This document shows, piece after piece, positions 18,019 to 28,965 of a stretch of DNA of 40,360 bases (positions within the stretch are counted from its first letter, which is position 1; every line of letters starts with the position of its first letter). Both the position numbers and the translations under genes were made by a program. The notes below the pieces were generated by a model. That model was not told where the DNA came from, did not search any database, and saw only the letters and a list, made by a program, of their open reading frames with translations. Location: NCBI GenBank assembly GCA_038214755.1, contig JBBQRQ010000046.1:1-40360 (forward strand), given 5' to 3'. The stretch comes from Verrucomicrobiota bacterium. GTDB lineage: Bacteria; Verrucomicrobiota; Verrucomicrobiia; Limisphaerales; CANJXF01.

Positions 18019-19278
18019 ATGGCAACCAACTGGACTGAAAAACGAGTGGTCATCACCGGCCTCGGCGCAGTCTCTCCACTCGGAAATGATGTCCAAACTT
18101 CCTGGCAGAATATTCTCGCCGGAAAATGCGGAGTCCATCGCATCTCGCACTTCGATCCGTCCGCCTTTGATTGCCACATTGCCGCCGAAGTAAAAAATTT
18201 CGATCCGACCCCCGCGTTCCCTTCACCCAAAGAAATCCGGCGCACGGATCGTTTCGCGCAATTCGGAGTTTACGCCGCACACCAAGCGCTGCTGGATTCC
18301 GGCATTGATTTGGAAAAAGTGGAGCGGGATGAAATCGGCGTCTTCATCGGCTCGGGAATTGGCGGCCTCCAAACGACCGAGGAGCAGCACACGGTTTTTC
18401 TAAACAAAGGTCCTGGGCGACTTTCGCCGTTCATGATTCCGATGCTGATTCTCAACATGGCTTCTGGGCTTTTCTCCATGTTCTATAAATTGCGCGGGCC
18501 GAACGTCGCGACGTGTTCCGCGTGCGCGACTTCGACTCATGCGATTGGAGAAGCCTGGCGCACGTTGAAAATGGGCGACGCAAAAATCATGTTCGCCGGT
18601 GGAACGGAAGCGACGATTGTTCCACTCGGCATCGGCGGTTTTTGCGCGATGAAAGCCTTGAGCACGCGCAACGATGCTCCGCAAAAAGCGTCGCGGCCCT
18701 TCGATCTGGAACGCGATGGTTTTGTCATGGGCGAAGGTTCTGGCGTTCTCGTTTTGGAAGAACTCGAACACGCCAAAGCGCGCGGCGCAAAAATTTATTG
18801 CGAACTCATTGGCTACGGAAACACCGCCGACGCCAATCACATGACCAGTCCCGCGCCCGAAGGTGAAGGCGCGGCGCGCTGTATGAAAATGGCGCTGCGC
18901 AATGCGGAGTTGAATCCATCCGACATTTCCTACATCAACGCGCACGGCACTTCCACGCCGCAGGGAGACATCGCCGAGACGCAGGCGATCAAATCTGTTT
19001 TTGGCGAGCACGCGAAAATGCTCGCGGTCAGTTCCACCAAAGGCGCGACCGGCCACATGCTCGGCGCGGCGGGCGCTTTCGAAATGGTTCTTTGCTCCAG
19101 GGCCATTCAGAGCGACATCGTTCCGCCGACGATCAATCTGGAAAATCCCGATCCGCAATGTGATTTGGATTACGTCCCTCACACCGCGCGCGAAATGAAA
19201 GTGAACGCCGTCGTCAACAACTCATTCGGCTTTGGCGGTCATAATGCGAGTTTGGTGGCGAAGAAATTTGTTGGTTGA
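18019..19278 (+). CDS. fabF: Beta-ketoacyl-ACP synthase II
   Basis: RVVITGLGAVSPLG, SACATS, RDGFVMGEG, INAHGTSTP.GD, GHMLGAAG, NSFGFGGHN; likely start ATG 18019. Confidence 0.96.
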   Translation: MATNWTEKRVVITGLGAVSPLGNDVQTSWQNILAGKCGVHRISHFDPSAFDCHIAAEVKNFDPTPAFPSPKEIRRTDRFAQFGVYAAHQALLDSGIDLEKVERDEIGVFIGSGIGGLQTTEEQHTVFLNKGPGRLSPFMIPMLILNMASGLFSMFYKLRGPNVATCSACATSTHAIGEAWRTLKMGDAKIMFAGGTEATIVPLGIGGFCAMKALSTRNDAPQKASRPFDLERDGFVMGEGSGVLVLEELEHAKARGAKIYCELIGYGNTADANHMTSPAPEGEGAARCMKMALRNAELNPSDISYINAHGTSTPQGDIAETQAIKSVFGEHAKMLAVSSTKGATGHMLGAAGAFEMVLCSRAIQSDIVPPTINLENPDPQCDLDYVPHTAREMKVNAVVNNSFGFGGHNASLVAKKFVG

Positions 19279-19762
19279 AATTCCAGGTGCCTCGGACTCG
19301 ATTATTTCCACAAGGTGCTTCGGTATTCCGCAAAGCAGTCTTTGTTTAAGAATTTTTCGATGGGGGCGGAGACATGTTCGTAGCCCGGCTCCCATTCCCT
19401 CTTCGCAAAGGACGCGTCAAACTTTCAATATGCGCCCGCCGCCCTCGAAAAATTTCACGAAAATCCGTTTCGCTCGAATAATAATTTTTCCATCGCGTGT
19501 CGCAAATTATTTGCCATCCGCGACGCGCTCAACTCAACTTGTTCCTGCTCTTCCGGCGACAGATCGCGGACAGTTTCACCGGCTTATGTCTGTGACCGAC
19601 CCGAAATGGACGATGGTTCATTTGCTATCCGGAAAAGGCTTCGTAGGACCTGGCCTGAGTTGACCTGCGCAGCGTCAAAAAACAATTTCTTATCAGTGCA
19701 AATTGCCTCACTACAGAGTAAACTTTCTTTGCAATGCAGATTTGCAAACGTAATCTCCTTTA

Positions 19763-21871
19763 ATGTTCCATTCGTCCATCCGCGTTTTGTTTTTGGTCAT
19801 TGCCAGTACCTTGATGGGCTGGGCGACACCTGACCTCCGTATTGAGGTGACTACCTTTTGCTGTAGTTGCGGCGCGACAGATAGCTTCTGCCAGAATCAT
19901 TTCGACGCCTTAAATATTCCTAACGGCAACGGGAAATTTTTCGCGTTGACCACGGACGCGCGCCGCTGGCAAATCGCTTCTCAAGGCAATGTCCTCGCGG
20001 TTTACCAGAATGATCTGAACACGGGTTGGACCACTAACTCTCCCGAACAATCAGCCGCTAACTTCAACCAGTACGCTCTCAATAATCACACCAGCACAGG
20101 GCCGCGCCCGGACTGGATGGTCATGAATGAAATATCCACCTCGCAGTGGCAGAATAGCGCCGCTTACAGGGATTGGTTGGTTGAAACGGTGCGACTTCTT
20201 CATCAAACTTTTGGTTACTCGCTTGTCATCTATGCTCCCTTTGCCAACCCTGCGAACAATGGTTCATCATGGTCGGCCCTTTCGAGCAATGCCTTTGTCG
20301 CCGTCGAGAATTACCTCAGTGGCGAGGAAATCAAGGCGCAAAATTTTTCAACCAGTTGGTGTCAGAGCAAGTATCAAAGCTCTATCGGCAGCTATGCCAG
20401 TGTTGGAGTTCCGCGAGAAAAATTAATTCTCGGAGAACATTTTGCGCAAACAATCAGCGGAACAGGTTGGGGTCGTTCCGGCATTTCTTCCAATGAATGG
20501 GATCAAGCCATCGTTGCGCGAAGTCAAGCCGCCCGGAACGCTAATTTCGCCGGGTTTGCCAGTTATGCGTGGGTCAACAATGGCATGATGGTCAGCGACA
20601 GCGAGATGATTCATTTTGAAGGAACCTATGTCACCAATACTTTGCCATTCGCCAGTGGATTAACTCCTCCTTATATTTCTTTAGCACCGCAAAACCTAAA
20701 AGGGCTGCTTGGGTCCAGTGTGACTCTGACCGTCTATCCTGCTGGAACAAATCATCTTGAATACCAATGGCGCTTCAATGGTTCACCTATCGCAGGAGCT
20801 ACCTTGTCGAACTACACGATCACGAATGTTCAATCCTCCAGTCAGGGCTACTACAGTGTGGTTTTAAGCAATGCAGTTGGAGTAGCGTTTAGCTCCAACG
20901 CTTTTCTGACTGTTCAATCCATTTTTGATCCTTTCGATTATCCTGCTGGAGCTAATTTGCCGGGACAGACCAACGGGGAAGGCCTGGCTTGGTATTACGC
21001 AGGCTTGGGCAGCACTCCTGTATCGGTTACCAATGGTTCATTGCCCGTTCCCGGCCTTGTTCCGTCCACCGCCAACAGCATTTCATTTGGAGTTGCCTCG
21101 GGCCCCAGTGCGCGACTTCCCTTAGTTCGAATTATTACAAATGGAACAGTTTATTTTTCTTTTCCCTTCAAGGTAATTGACTTGGGAGGGCTATCAACCT
21201 CCGGTGGCTTTTTTGCCGCCTTCAACAACTCGATTGGCAATCAATCTACAACCCCTACCGTCATTGGCGCTGGTGTCCAAGCGCGCGCTTCAGGCAATGG
21301 GTTTCAAGTAGGGCTGAAGAAGGCGTCGAGCGGCAGTGTATTTGATACCTCTAAGATTTATACCACCAACGATATCATATTCGTAGTGGGGAGTTACACC
21401 TTCAATGGCGGTTCTACCATTGACGACGAAGCGAGGCTTTGGATTAACCCTGACCCTGCAACCTTCGGCGCAGTTACCTCGCCGCCAGCTACAATATCCA
21501 CCAACGAAGGAACTGACATTACGGCCAATCAAATTGCCAGCTTTGTTTTCTTCCGGCGCGGGACTGCTGGCGTGCAACCATCCGCGATGCTGGCCGACGA
21601 ACTACGCATCAGCACCTCATGGGCTGGCGTAACTCCCGTCGCCCCTCTTATATCTCCACCAACGCTTTTGATTCAACGCAGCGGTAGCGAGGTCATTCTC
21701 TTTTGGTCAACCAATGCTGCCGGGTTCAACCTGCAAACTGTTCCCAGCCTCTCGCTCACGAACCTCTGGCAAAATGCATTGGGGGCGACAGGTATGGTAA
21801 ACGAATTTTTTACTCATACCAATGTGGCGACTAACCAGTCCCAATTCTTTCGCCTGTTTAATGATCGGTAG
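19763..21871 (+). CDS. Secreted multidomain protein: unassigned N-terminal domain, Ig-like domain, beta-rich domain, C-terminal 'FFRL' domain
   Basis: Signal peptide; Ig motif YQWRFNG.PIAGAT...GYYSVV.SN..G; C-terminal LLIQRSG..V.L.W...F.LQ....W...FFRL. Confidence 0.8.
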   Translation: MFHSSIRVLFLVIASTLMGWATPDLRIEVTTFCCSCGATDSFCQNHFDALNIPNGNGKFFALTTDARRWQIASQGNVLAVYQNDLNTGWTTNSPEQSAANFNQYALNNHTSTGPRPDWMVMNEISTSQWQNSAAYRDWLVETVRLLHQTFGYSLVIYAPFANPANNGSSWSALSSNAFVAVENYLSGEEIKAQNFSTSWCQSKYQSSIGSYASVGVPREKLILGEHFAQTISGTGWGRSGISSNEWDQAIVARSQAARNANFAGFASYAWVNNGMMVSDSEMIHFEGTYVTNTLPFASGLTPPYISLAPQNLKGLLGSSVTLTVYPAGTNHLEYQWRFNGSPIAGATLSNYTITNVQSSSQGYYSVVLSNAVGVAFSSNAFLTVQSIFDPFDYPAGANLPGQTNGEGLAWYYAGLGSTPVSVTNGSLPVPGLVPSTANSISFGVASGPSARLPLVRIITNGTVYFSFPFKVIDLGGLSTSGGFFAAFNNSIGNQSTTPTVIGAGVQARASGNGFQVGLKKASSGSVFDTSKIYTTNDIIFVVGSYTFNGGSTIDDEARLWINPDPATFGAVTSPPATISTNEGTDITANQIASFVFFRRGTAGVQPSAMLADELRISTSWAGVTPVAPLISPPTLLIQRSGSEVILFWSTNAAGFNLQTVPSLSLTNLWQNALGATGMVNEFFTHTNVATNQSQFFRLFNDR

Positions 21872-21885
21872 AATAGTTGTCAACT

Positions 21886-21959
21886 GGTAGGGCGCGGCAC
21901 TCCGTGCGCGCCGCTCGTCGCCAGCCATACGCGGCGCGCCCGGCGTGACGCGCCCTACC
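21886..21959. repeat. GTAG-type REP inverted pair between convergent genes
   Basis: GGTAGGGCGCGGCACTCCGTGCGCGCCGC ... GCGGCGCGCCCGGCGTGACGCGCCCTACC. Confidence 0.85.
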
Positions 21960-22080
21960 TCCAAATACCGATTTTCAATCTTAAATGCTATTAGAGGAAG
22001 CATTGAAAAATTCTCGATTTGGGCCGGGAAGCGTTTTGGAAATTAAAAAACGTTTGCGCGGAAAAACTGACACACCGAAA

Positions 22081-22881
22081 TTATTTCAAAACCGACGGAA
22101 CTGTCGCGTTCGAGTTGCGGCGGCTCGCCGTTTCGTCCCGTTGCGTGGTCCAGAAGACTGCGTTCACCAGTAGCCGCCGAAAACTTTCCTTGGAAAAATC
22201 TTCCGGGATACCCATCGAAGTGTAGAACACACGACCACCATTGTGCTGGCGCACCCAGGCAACGGGTTCGCGGTAGCGGGGAGTCGCTGCTTCCAAAAGA
22301 ACGACCACGTCGTCCCCCAGCGTGGGATTTTTATAGAGCTTCCTGGTCGTAAAAGGGGTTACTCCAGCGAGCACCGGATGCAGACCGCGTCCAGGAGCAA
22401 AGTGAACTTCCGCCGGCTCATCGGCGTAATGTCCTTTGTAGCCACCTCCAAAAACCTCCCGATCCAATTGCATGTAATTTTCGAACGCGTGACTGGCGGT
22501 GCGTAGTCCGATAATCGGATGTCCGGCCGCAATATATTTTTGCACGCGTTCGAGTTGCGCTGGCAGCAATTTAACTCGCCGGGTAAAAATAATCATCAGG
22601 TCAACGTGGTCAAGCGCCTCGAGACCAGGGAGGCCTTCTCCCTTGTCTTCGCCGAAAGCACGCTGGCAAACCACTTCATAGTGAGACTCCAAATAGATTT
22701 GAAGTTGGGTCAGCGACTTTTCGGATTCATACTCAGCGGAACCGGAGAGAAGACATATTTTGAGCGGAGTAATGTCCGCGCCGCGTGCGGAAACGGTCAG
22801 CATGAAGAAAATAGTAATAGCGCAAAAACGGCTGAGGCATTTTAGGAATTTCGCCGCAAAAAAATGGGAGAAGTTTGTCAT
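22081..22881 (-). CDS. ThuA-like (class I glutamine amidotransferase-like) domain protein, probably secreted
   Basis: EYESE.SL, LPGLEAL, GLRTASHAF, GGGYKGHY, HPVLAGV, EPVAW, GRVFYTSMG, RRLLVNAVFW; start uncertain (22881 or 22962). Confidence 0.8.
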   Translation of the reverse strand: MTNFSHFFAAKFLKCLSRFCAITIFFMLTVSARGADITPLKICLLSGSAEYESEKSLTQLQIYLESHYEVVCQRAFGEDKGEGLPGLEALDHVDLMIIFTRRVKLLPAQLERVQKYIAAGHPIIGLRTASHAFENYMQLDREVFGGGYKGHYADEPAEVHFAPGRGLHPVLAGVTPFTTRKLYKNPTLGDDVVVLLEAATPRYREPVAWVRQHNGGRVFYTSMGIPEDFSKESFRRLLVNAVFWTTQRDETASRRNSNATVPSVLK

Positions 22882-22973
22882 AAGTTTTTTAGGGTGCGTT
22901 TGACCGGCCAGGAAAACCTCGCGTATAAATCCATGATAGCTGGCGCTCAAAGCGTCCCGCATTTTTCCGCACG

Positions 22974-23348
22974 TCAGAAACGCGGGCCGCTGGTCAGCAC
23001 TCTCGACATCTTCGCGCGCAACTCAAACATCTCTTTCGTATCGAGCGCTGGATTTGAGCCGACCGCCTGGTTGAGCTGCTGAAGCGCGACGCCGAGGGCG
23101 TGTTTTTGTTGCTGAGTTAAATTGGTCCGAGCCAGAATTGGATCCAACCCTTTGGCGACCTCGGCATAGTTCCCGGCTCGCAGGCCGGTGTTGACGGTAA
23201 CGATAGCCTGTTTGACTTCCGGCTCGGCTCCTTGAAATGACTGCTGCAAGGGTTTCGTGGCGTCAGCCTTCTTGTCCTTGCTACAACTCATCACCCATTG
23301 AGATGCAACGACGGCTACAAGAACAGAAAGGAGTTTGAAAGACTTCAT
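22974..23348 (-). CDS. Small putative lipoprotein, unknown function
   Basis: MKSFKLLSVLVAVVASQWVMS|C lipobox-like; helical-looking mature part; 24 nt after the pilin gene. Confidence 0.7.
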   Translation of the reverse strand: MKSFKLLSVLVAVVASQWVMSCSKDKKADATKPLQQSFQGAEPEVKQAIVTVNTGLRAGNYAEVAKGLDPILARTNLTQQQKHALGVALQQLNQAVGSNPALDTKEMFELRAKMSRVLTSGPRF

Positions 23349-23372
23349 CTTGGATAGCGGGATAAGATCCTA

Positions 23373-24161
23373 TTACCGATAATAGTAATCAGCGCGGGAG
23401 TGAGCCTCGGTCGGTTGCCAGGGAGAATCTTGATTAAGTCTATCCAACAAACCCCAATCGAGGCTCGATGTTTTTTTATTTTTTCGATACTCCGCATGTC
23501 CATCGGCGAATATCAAATTACCTCCATCCTGGTGGAGGTTGTTGTAATGTTCGCGAGGAGTGCCGCTCCATTCGCTGGAACTGGATGCTGTCCATGTGTG
23601 CCACTGGGTATAAGTGACGCCACTCCCTTCCGGCTCATACCAGATGAAGTTCATCAAGCAATAGTTTTCCTGGATAACGACGATGCGGGCCGGGTTACGC
23701 AACTTCCCGACTCCTATATTCAAAACCACATCGCTGATGATCATGTCGGTGGAACTAATCGCCGTGGGCGCATACTGAGGCTTGCTCGACGGTTTGGCTG
23801 ATGGACAGATATACACCGGAGTCGTGGCCGTGACACTTTTCGCTCCGACATAAGGTCGAAAAAGCTTCAGAGGATTGGCCGGTGCGAACTGACTGTTGAA
23901 GTCTTGCGTCCTATTCCCGTTATTACTGGGTAGCTTGCCATTGTTTTCTGTTTCATACATATGAAGAGCCAATCCCACCTGGCGCATGTTGTTCAGGCAG
24001 GCAATGCGTTGGCCTTTTTGTTTGGCCTTGGCTAGTGCGGGCAGCAACAGTGCAGCTAGGATGGCAATGATGGCGATGACTACCAATAGCTCAATCAAGG
24101 TAAAGCCACCTTCTGCACCTCGGCATTCGCGGGATGATAATTTTTCTCGGTTAATGTTCAT
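23373..24161 (-). CDS. Prepilin-type H-X9-DG protein
   Basis: [51 protein letters not shown]. Confidence 0.92.
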   Translation of the reverse strand: MNINREKLSSRECRGAEGGFTLIELLVVIAIIAILAALLLPALAKAKQKGQRIACLNNMRQVGLALHMYETENNGKLPSNNGNRTQDFNSQFAPANPLKLFRPYVGAKSVTATTPVYICPSAKPSSKPQYAPTAISSTDMIISDVVLNIGVGKLRNPARIVVIQENYCLMNFIWYEPEGSGVTYTQWHTWTASSSSEWSGTPREHYNNLHQDGGNLIFADGHAEYRKNKKTSSLDWGLLDRLNQDSPWQPTEAHSRADYYYR

Positions 24162-24276
24162 AAGCCACCTATAAATTGAATGTCCCTTACGCTAACATTC
24201 CGGACCAAAGATGAAGATATAAAAATGAATCGTGATTTTGACAGGCGGGAGGAACAGAAAAGGTCGCCATGTGAAA

Positions 24277-24990
24277 TCAGTTGTCGCCAGTTACCTTGCC
24301 CGGGTTGCACCAGAGTCGGCCAGGACGATTCGCCAGTTCTCTCACATATAGTTCATATTTGATAAATTCAACCTGCCCGCCAAACATTCCCATCACAAGG
24401 CCCCCGTTATGACGCCGACTAATCCCCTCATCCGGCTTGCTGGCGACATCATTGAAACCTTTGTCCGGTTCCCAAAAGAGCATGTAGTGAGATTTGAACT
24501 GGGACATTTTATAACTGGTGTTAAAACGGCCATTGATGCTGGCGGAGTATCCGGATACAGCCCCGTTCATCACGTAGCTGGAAACCTTCATGGTCCGTGC
24601 TTGAAATTCGGCGGAATTGGTGTTCTCCATTGGGCAAAGATAAATGCGCCGTTGCTGATGATAAGGCCATAGTTGCCCCAGAGTAACATCGAAGGGAAGT
24701 TCCGCGCGATTAGGGCTTGTCTCGGAAAAACACCAATTGGGCACAGGATCCTTACCCCAGGATGTGAAGGGCATGACGTCATTGTTGTCCAGGACGTACA
24801 TGTGAGTGGACAGAAGGATTTGTTTTACGTTGGAAATACATTTGGCTCGCAAGCCTTTCTCTTTGGCTTTGGCCAGAGCCGGGAGGAGCAATCCCGCGAG
24901 AATGGCAATGATGGCGATGACGACCAGCAATTCAATCAAAGTAAATGCGACCCGCAATTCACGTCGCAGAATTCTTGAATGGCTTATCAT
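24277..24990 (-). CDS. Prepilin-type protein, H-X9-GG variant
   Basis: [48 protein letters not shown]; start MISHS shared with the paralog. Confidence 0.9.
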   Translation of the reverse strand: MISHSRILRRELRVAFTLIELLVVIAIIAILAGLLLPALAKAKEKGLRAKCISNVKQILLSTHMYVLDNNDVMPFTSWGKDPVPNWCFSETSPNRAELPFDVTLGQLWPYHQQRRIYLCPMENTNSAEFQARTMKVSSYVMNGAVSGYSASINGRFNTSYKMSQFKSHYMLFWEPDKGFNDVASKPDEGISRRHNGGLVMGMFGGQVEFIKYELYVRELANRPGRLWCNPGKVTGDN

Positions 24991-25068
24991 AATATGTTCA
25001 ACACGCCTCTCCCCACTGTAGTAAGACCACCATCCAGAACAAAACCCGGTCTGCTCTTCACGCAGACT

Positions 25069-25140
25069 GGGCTTGTCAGCGGCGGTCACAGACGCGCCGC
25101 TACAAGTTAGTTCTTACGGAATCCGCATCCGATAGAATCG
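25069..25140. repeat. Direct repeat copy A (gene end plus GTAG REP hairpin)
   Basis: Near-identical to 28894-28965; minus strand reads CTTGTAGCGGCGCGTCTGTGACCGCCGCTGACAAG. Confidence 0.85.
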
Positions 25141-28026
25141 TTGATTGGTCGCCGTATCATTAATCGTAAGTGAACTTCCTGTGCCGACAATGTTCGTAAG
25201 CGTTGTCCAGTTCAAGTCCGACAAACTGTTTTTATATTCAACGATATGAACAGCGCGTTGAATTGTTGCTATGTTGAAGCTGAAATTTGAGCCGGCCAGA
25301 GCAGCATTGCGAAGGCTTAGATCCAACGGCGCGCCAGTCGAGCTAATATCAATATAATTCACCTTAGTGTTGTTACCGCCGGCAGCGGAGACAGTCAGCC
25401 TTCCATCGGAAACGACCACGTTGGTGGTTCCTTCAAACCAATGAACATTCGTTGTAGGAACGCCGTTGGTGATAATAACGATTCCTTCCGTTGCCATGGT
25501 GTAAACGCTGTCGATTGCGCTCCCATCACCAGAGACCAGATGAACATTATAAGCGCCATTCGGCAGTTCAATTTCCCAAAAACGGGTTTGGGTGATGTTG
25601 GTCGTATTTCCGAGTTGGTTCAAAGTTCGATAGCGATCATCGGGTGGAGAGCCAGCCGTTCCACGATCACGCGCTTGTAGGGTAATGTCCTGGTCCCAAC
25701 CATAATTGTATCCATTGCCCTGACTACCAAACACAGTTCCGATATCGGCCAGATAACCGGTCGGTGTCGGAGTAAAGGTCGGAGTTTGAAAATTTATTTT
25801 CACAGTCGCGCCCGGCAAATATCTTCCCACGTGAAAATTCCATTGATTGGTTCCCAGACCTGCGGGAGTGCCGTCACCAGCAATGACCTGAATCGTGTTG
25901 ACGGAATCCATTCGCCAGAAGGTTGCCGGCAAATAGCTGACGGAGGCGCCGCTCGCTATGGGAGTGATCGTCGCTGAACTGGTTACGTTTGATCCGTTAA
26001 TGTTGAGAACAATGGTGCTTGTATTCAGTGGCGCGGACCCATTTTGCAGCGTGAAACTAATGGGCGATTGCGGCGCGAGATTCGAAGAATTGTTTCCGGG
26101 GGATGCTTGTGATATGAAAGGCGGAGCGCTCCCAAGTTGCGGCACGAATAAAAGGAAGTTCACGTATTCAGTGCCGAGAACAGTACTCGCTGTAAGCCGC
26201 AATGTCTCTTCACCACTCAAATGCAAGAGAAGAGGATTATCCAAAGCATCCCTCAACGGAACGTAGCTATAGGTGTTTAAATTGCCGGTGTGTGAAACGG
26301 TAAATGAACCTAATCCCAATGTGGTTTGATTAGGCAGAGAGCGGTCGCTGGTGACACGAGCCAATTGAAACTTCTGGTTTTGAACTGAAGTGCTCGAAAC
26401 GCGCAGATAGACCAAGTAGTTGCTGTTGGGATAAATGTGGGTGTAGTTCCACCATTCGCCTTGTTGAATGAATTGCAAGGCATAGTCTGGTACTCCTTGG
26501 GTAATGTAGGCGGGTCGTCGTGGATCCAACGTTTGAATCGTCCCCACCGGATCACAGAAGCGAAAAACATTGCTGACGAGGTTGCCGCCGACACTGGTCA
26601 AATCGAAGAAATCTACTCCCGGCCCGCCGACGCGATCTACGTATCCAGTCGCCTGATTCGTGTAAAGGCCCGAGGTATTATTATAGGTAGAAGGCAAAGG
26701 ACTTTGCAGATAGGCCCCCCTGAAATCTCCCGGTGTGCTCGTTCCATTCGCGTTGCATACGGCGTTTGTAAAAAAGTTATAGTTCTCAGTTTCAATCGTC
26801 GTGACATTCGTTTCAATCAGGGTGTCGAAAAGGAAAGTATTCGTTACGGTGCGACCCGCCTGATCTGAGGCTACAATCACTGCATTATAAATGACGTTTG
26901 GCGAAAGACCCGTATAGCTCGCGCTGAGGTTATTGGTTACTCCACCAAAGGTCAGCCCGCTGGACACATTCACGCCATTCAACCTCAACGAGACATTGTT
27001 GGTCGGAATTGAATTCGTCGGTCCCAGCGTACGAACGCTGAAATTGACAACGCCGCCAGTCGGATAATAAATCGTTCCTGGCACCGGATTGGATACGGTG
27101 ACGATCGGAGCAACCGGATCCAGTGGCGCCTGATAAATGTGCAAATTATCCAACGCGATATAATTCGTTTCCGCCCCGACGCCCGTGGTCGTGCTGATTC
27201 TGCCGATGAAATGAAGCACGGTAGAATTTGTTTGATTGGCTGCGTTGACCGAAGAAAAACTGCGCCAACGCAATTCCATGGTCGTGAGATTGGAAACGAC
27301 GCCATTAAAAGTAGCCGAGATTGTCGCGATGTAAGTTTTTGTAACCGGTCTCTGTTCGATTTTGAAATGATAATTTGTACCGATGAAGAACGGAAAATAA
27401 TTGGTGAAAAAATTATTGTTGCCGTTGTTAAACTCATCTCCGTTATAGAAGCCCCACATGTTTGCCTTGCCAAATGGCGCGCCGCTATCGGTACCTCCCT
27501 GCGCGCGAATGTACCACGTCGAATCACCACTGGGGTTATTTCCGTAATTTGAGCGCGAAGTCAGAGTGACATTATCACTACCGCTTGTGAAAGTATTGGT
27601 GGTGGGTAACCAATCATCGCAGCGAATGTCAAACTCGACGAGGTGAGGGAGTGAGAGATCAAGATCGAGCGTGCCACCATATTTTCGACGCAGAGCCGAT
27701 TCGGCTCCCGTAATACCCCACCGGAGGTAATCCCCGCCTACATCAAAGGGACGTGTGTTCGTGACGCCCGCATCGAGCAATATCCCGGGGGTGCCACTAT
27801 AAGTCCACGCATCGATCCACCCATTCCCTGGCATTCCGGGGTAGGCGTCAACGATATCAGTCCTCGTCCCGAGGCCGCCAACGAAATCATTGGTGACTCC
27901 ACCGAAGGAAGTAGGCGCTAGCGGCAATAGCGCCAGTCCTGCCAGCAAGGCTCCGCGCAACCAACGAATTGATGAAATGAGAATTTGAAATAAATATCCG
28001 ATTTTTGTTAGTTGATTTTTTTTCAC
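25114..28026 (-). CDS. Large secreted beta-rich protein with putative carbohydrate-binding modules and a C-terminal 'FYR' domain (paralog B)
   Basis: Signal peptide (..RGALLAGLALLPLAPTSFG); IETENYNF..GEWWNYT..Y.VYLR (CBM6/35-like); KINFQ..GYLAD.G..YGW..WEIELPNG.Y.V; ends FYRMRIP; GTG 28026 preferred because 28134 overlaps the pilin gene. Confidence 0.8.
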   Translation of the reverse strand: MKKNQLTKIGYLFQILISSIRWLRGALLAGLALLPLAPTSFGGVTNDFVGGLGTRTDIVDAYPGMPGNGWIDAWTYSGTPGILLDAGVTNTRPFDVGGDYLRWGITGAESALRRKYGGTLDLDLSLPHLVEFDIRCDDWLPTTNTFTSGSDNVTLTSRSNYGNNPSGDSTWYIRAQGGTDSGAPFGKANMWGFYNGDEFNNGNNNFFTNYFPFFIGTNYHFKIEQRPVTKTYIATISATFNGVVSNLTTMELRWRSFSSVNAANQTNSTVLHFIGRISTTTGVGAETNYIALDNLHIYQAPLDPVAPIVTVSNPVPGTIYYPTGGVVNFSVRTLGPTNSIPTNNVSLRLNGVNVSSGLTFGGVTNNLSASYTGLSPNVIYNAVIVASDQAGRTVTNTFLFDTLIETNVTTIETENYNFFTNAVCNANGTSTPGDFRGAYLQSPLPSTYNNTSGLYTNQATGYVDRVGGPGVDFFDLTSVGGNLVSNVFRFCDPVGTIQTLDPRRPAYITQGVPDYALQFIQQGEWWNYTHIYPNSNYLVYLRVSSTSVQNQKFQLARVTSDRSLPNQTTLGLGSFTVSHTGNLNTYSYVPLRDALDNPLLLHLSGEETLRLTASTVLGTEYVNFLLFVPQLGSAPPFISQASPGNNSSNLAPQSPISFTLQNGSAPLNTSTIVLNINGSNVTSSATITPIASGASVSYLPATFWRMDSVNTIQVIAGDGTPAGLGTNQWNFHVGRYLPGATVKINFQTPTFTPTPTGYLADIGTVFGSQGNGYNYGWDQDITLQARDRGTAGSPPDDRYRTLNQLGNTTNITQTRFWEIELPNGAYNVHLVSGDGSAIDSVYTMATEGIVIITNGVPTTNVHWFEGTTNVVVSDGRLTVSAAGGNNTKVNYIDISSTGAPLDLSLRNAALAGSNFSFNIATIQRAVHIVEYKNSLSDLNWTTLTNIVGTGSSLTINDTATNQRFYRMRIP

Positions 28027-28066
28027 AAGTTTATGAGTTAGTTTTCCAGACGAAACTGCTGATGCT

Positions 28067-28849
28067 TTAAAAGCCAGAGAACGTCCGTTGCTGCATCCAG
28101 AGGATGTCCGGGCTGCCCGGCGCGGGCGTGTCATAATTTAGATCGATCCGCGTAATGGGTTTAAAAGTAGCTTCATCTCTCCATCGATGAATCTCAGAAT
28201 GCCCATCCGCAAACGAAAACCCACATGCCTTATTGTGATAGCTGGCGGGAATATCCGTCCAGCGGGCCGCACGATTACGATCACTGCGCATCAAAAAAGA
28301 TCCGTCATTGATACTGTCTGGATGTTCATCAACCAGAACCCACTTCATCGTGGGACGCGGGTCAACCATTCCAGAAAATTTTTTCAGGTCATTGTTTGCC
28401 CCTAACCGGCTATCCATGGCGTAACTGCGAACCCGAGGAAATTGTTTCCCGCCTAGAACAATGTAGCTCTCGTCTGCCGGGCATTTGAAAATCCCCTTCG
28501 ACCGCGGGTTCAAAGCAGATTCCATCAAATAGTTTTCATTGGTGCTATCCAAATCGCTCGGCGTATATCCCATCACACCTCGGACCCACCCGTCATCCAG
28601 GCTTTGCCCACCCTTGTCCCGATTCGCCACTAGAAAATCTTTATTGTCCAACGCATACATATACCAGGTCAGAGTCAGTTGTTTGGTATTGTTCATGCAC
28701 CCGGCCCCCTGCGCCTTCTGTTTGGCTTTAGCAAGCGAAGGTAAAAGCAAGGCAGCAAGAATAGCAATGATAGCGATTACTACCAGCAATTCAATCAAGG
28801 TAAATGCCACCAGCAATTTACGTCGCCGAATTATTGAATGGCTTATCAT
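28067..28849 (-). CDS. Prepilin-type H-X9-DG protein
   Basis: [64 protein letters not shown]. Confidence 0.92.
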   Translation of the reverse strand: MISHSIIRRRKLLVAFTLIELLVVIAIIAILAALLLPSLAKAKQKAQGAGCMNNTKQLTLTWYMYALDNKDFLVANRDKGGQSLDDGWVRGVMGYTPSDLDSTNENYLMESALNPRSKGIFKCPADESYIVLGGKQFPRVRSYAMDSRLGANNDLKKFSGMVDPRPTMKWVLVDEHPDSINDGSFLMRSDRNRAARWTDIPASYHNKACGFSFADGHSEIHRWRDEATFKPITRIDLNYDTPAPGSPDILWMQQRTFSGF

Positions 28850-28893
28850 AAGATGCATAACAGCGAAATCCGGGCTCCGCCGCACGCGGGGCC

Positions 28894-28965
28894 GGGCTTG
28901 TCAGCGGTGGTCACAGACTCGCCGCGACAAGCTAGTTCTTACGGAATCCGCATCCGATAAAATCG
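28894..28965. repeat. Direct repeat copy B (gene end plus REP hairpin)
   Basis: Matches 25069-25140; offset 3825 bp. Confidence 0.85.
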
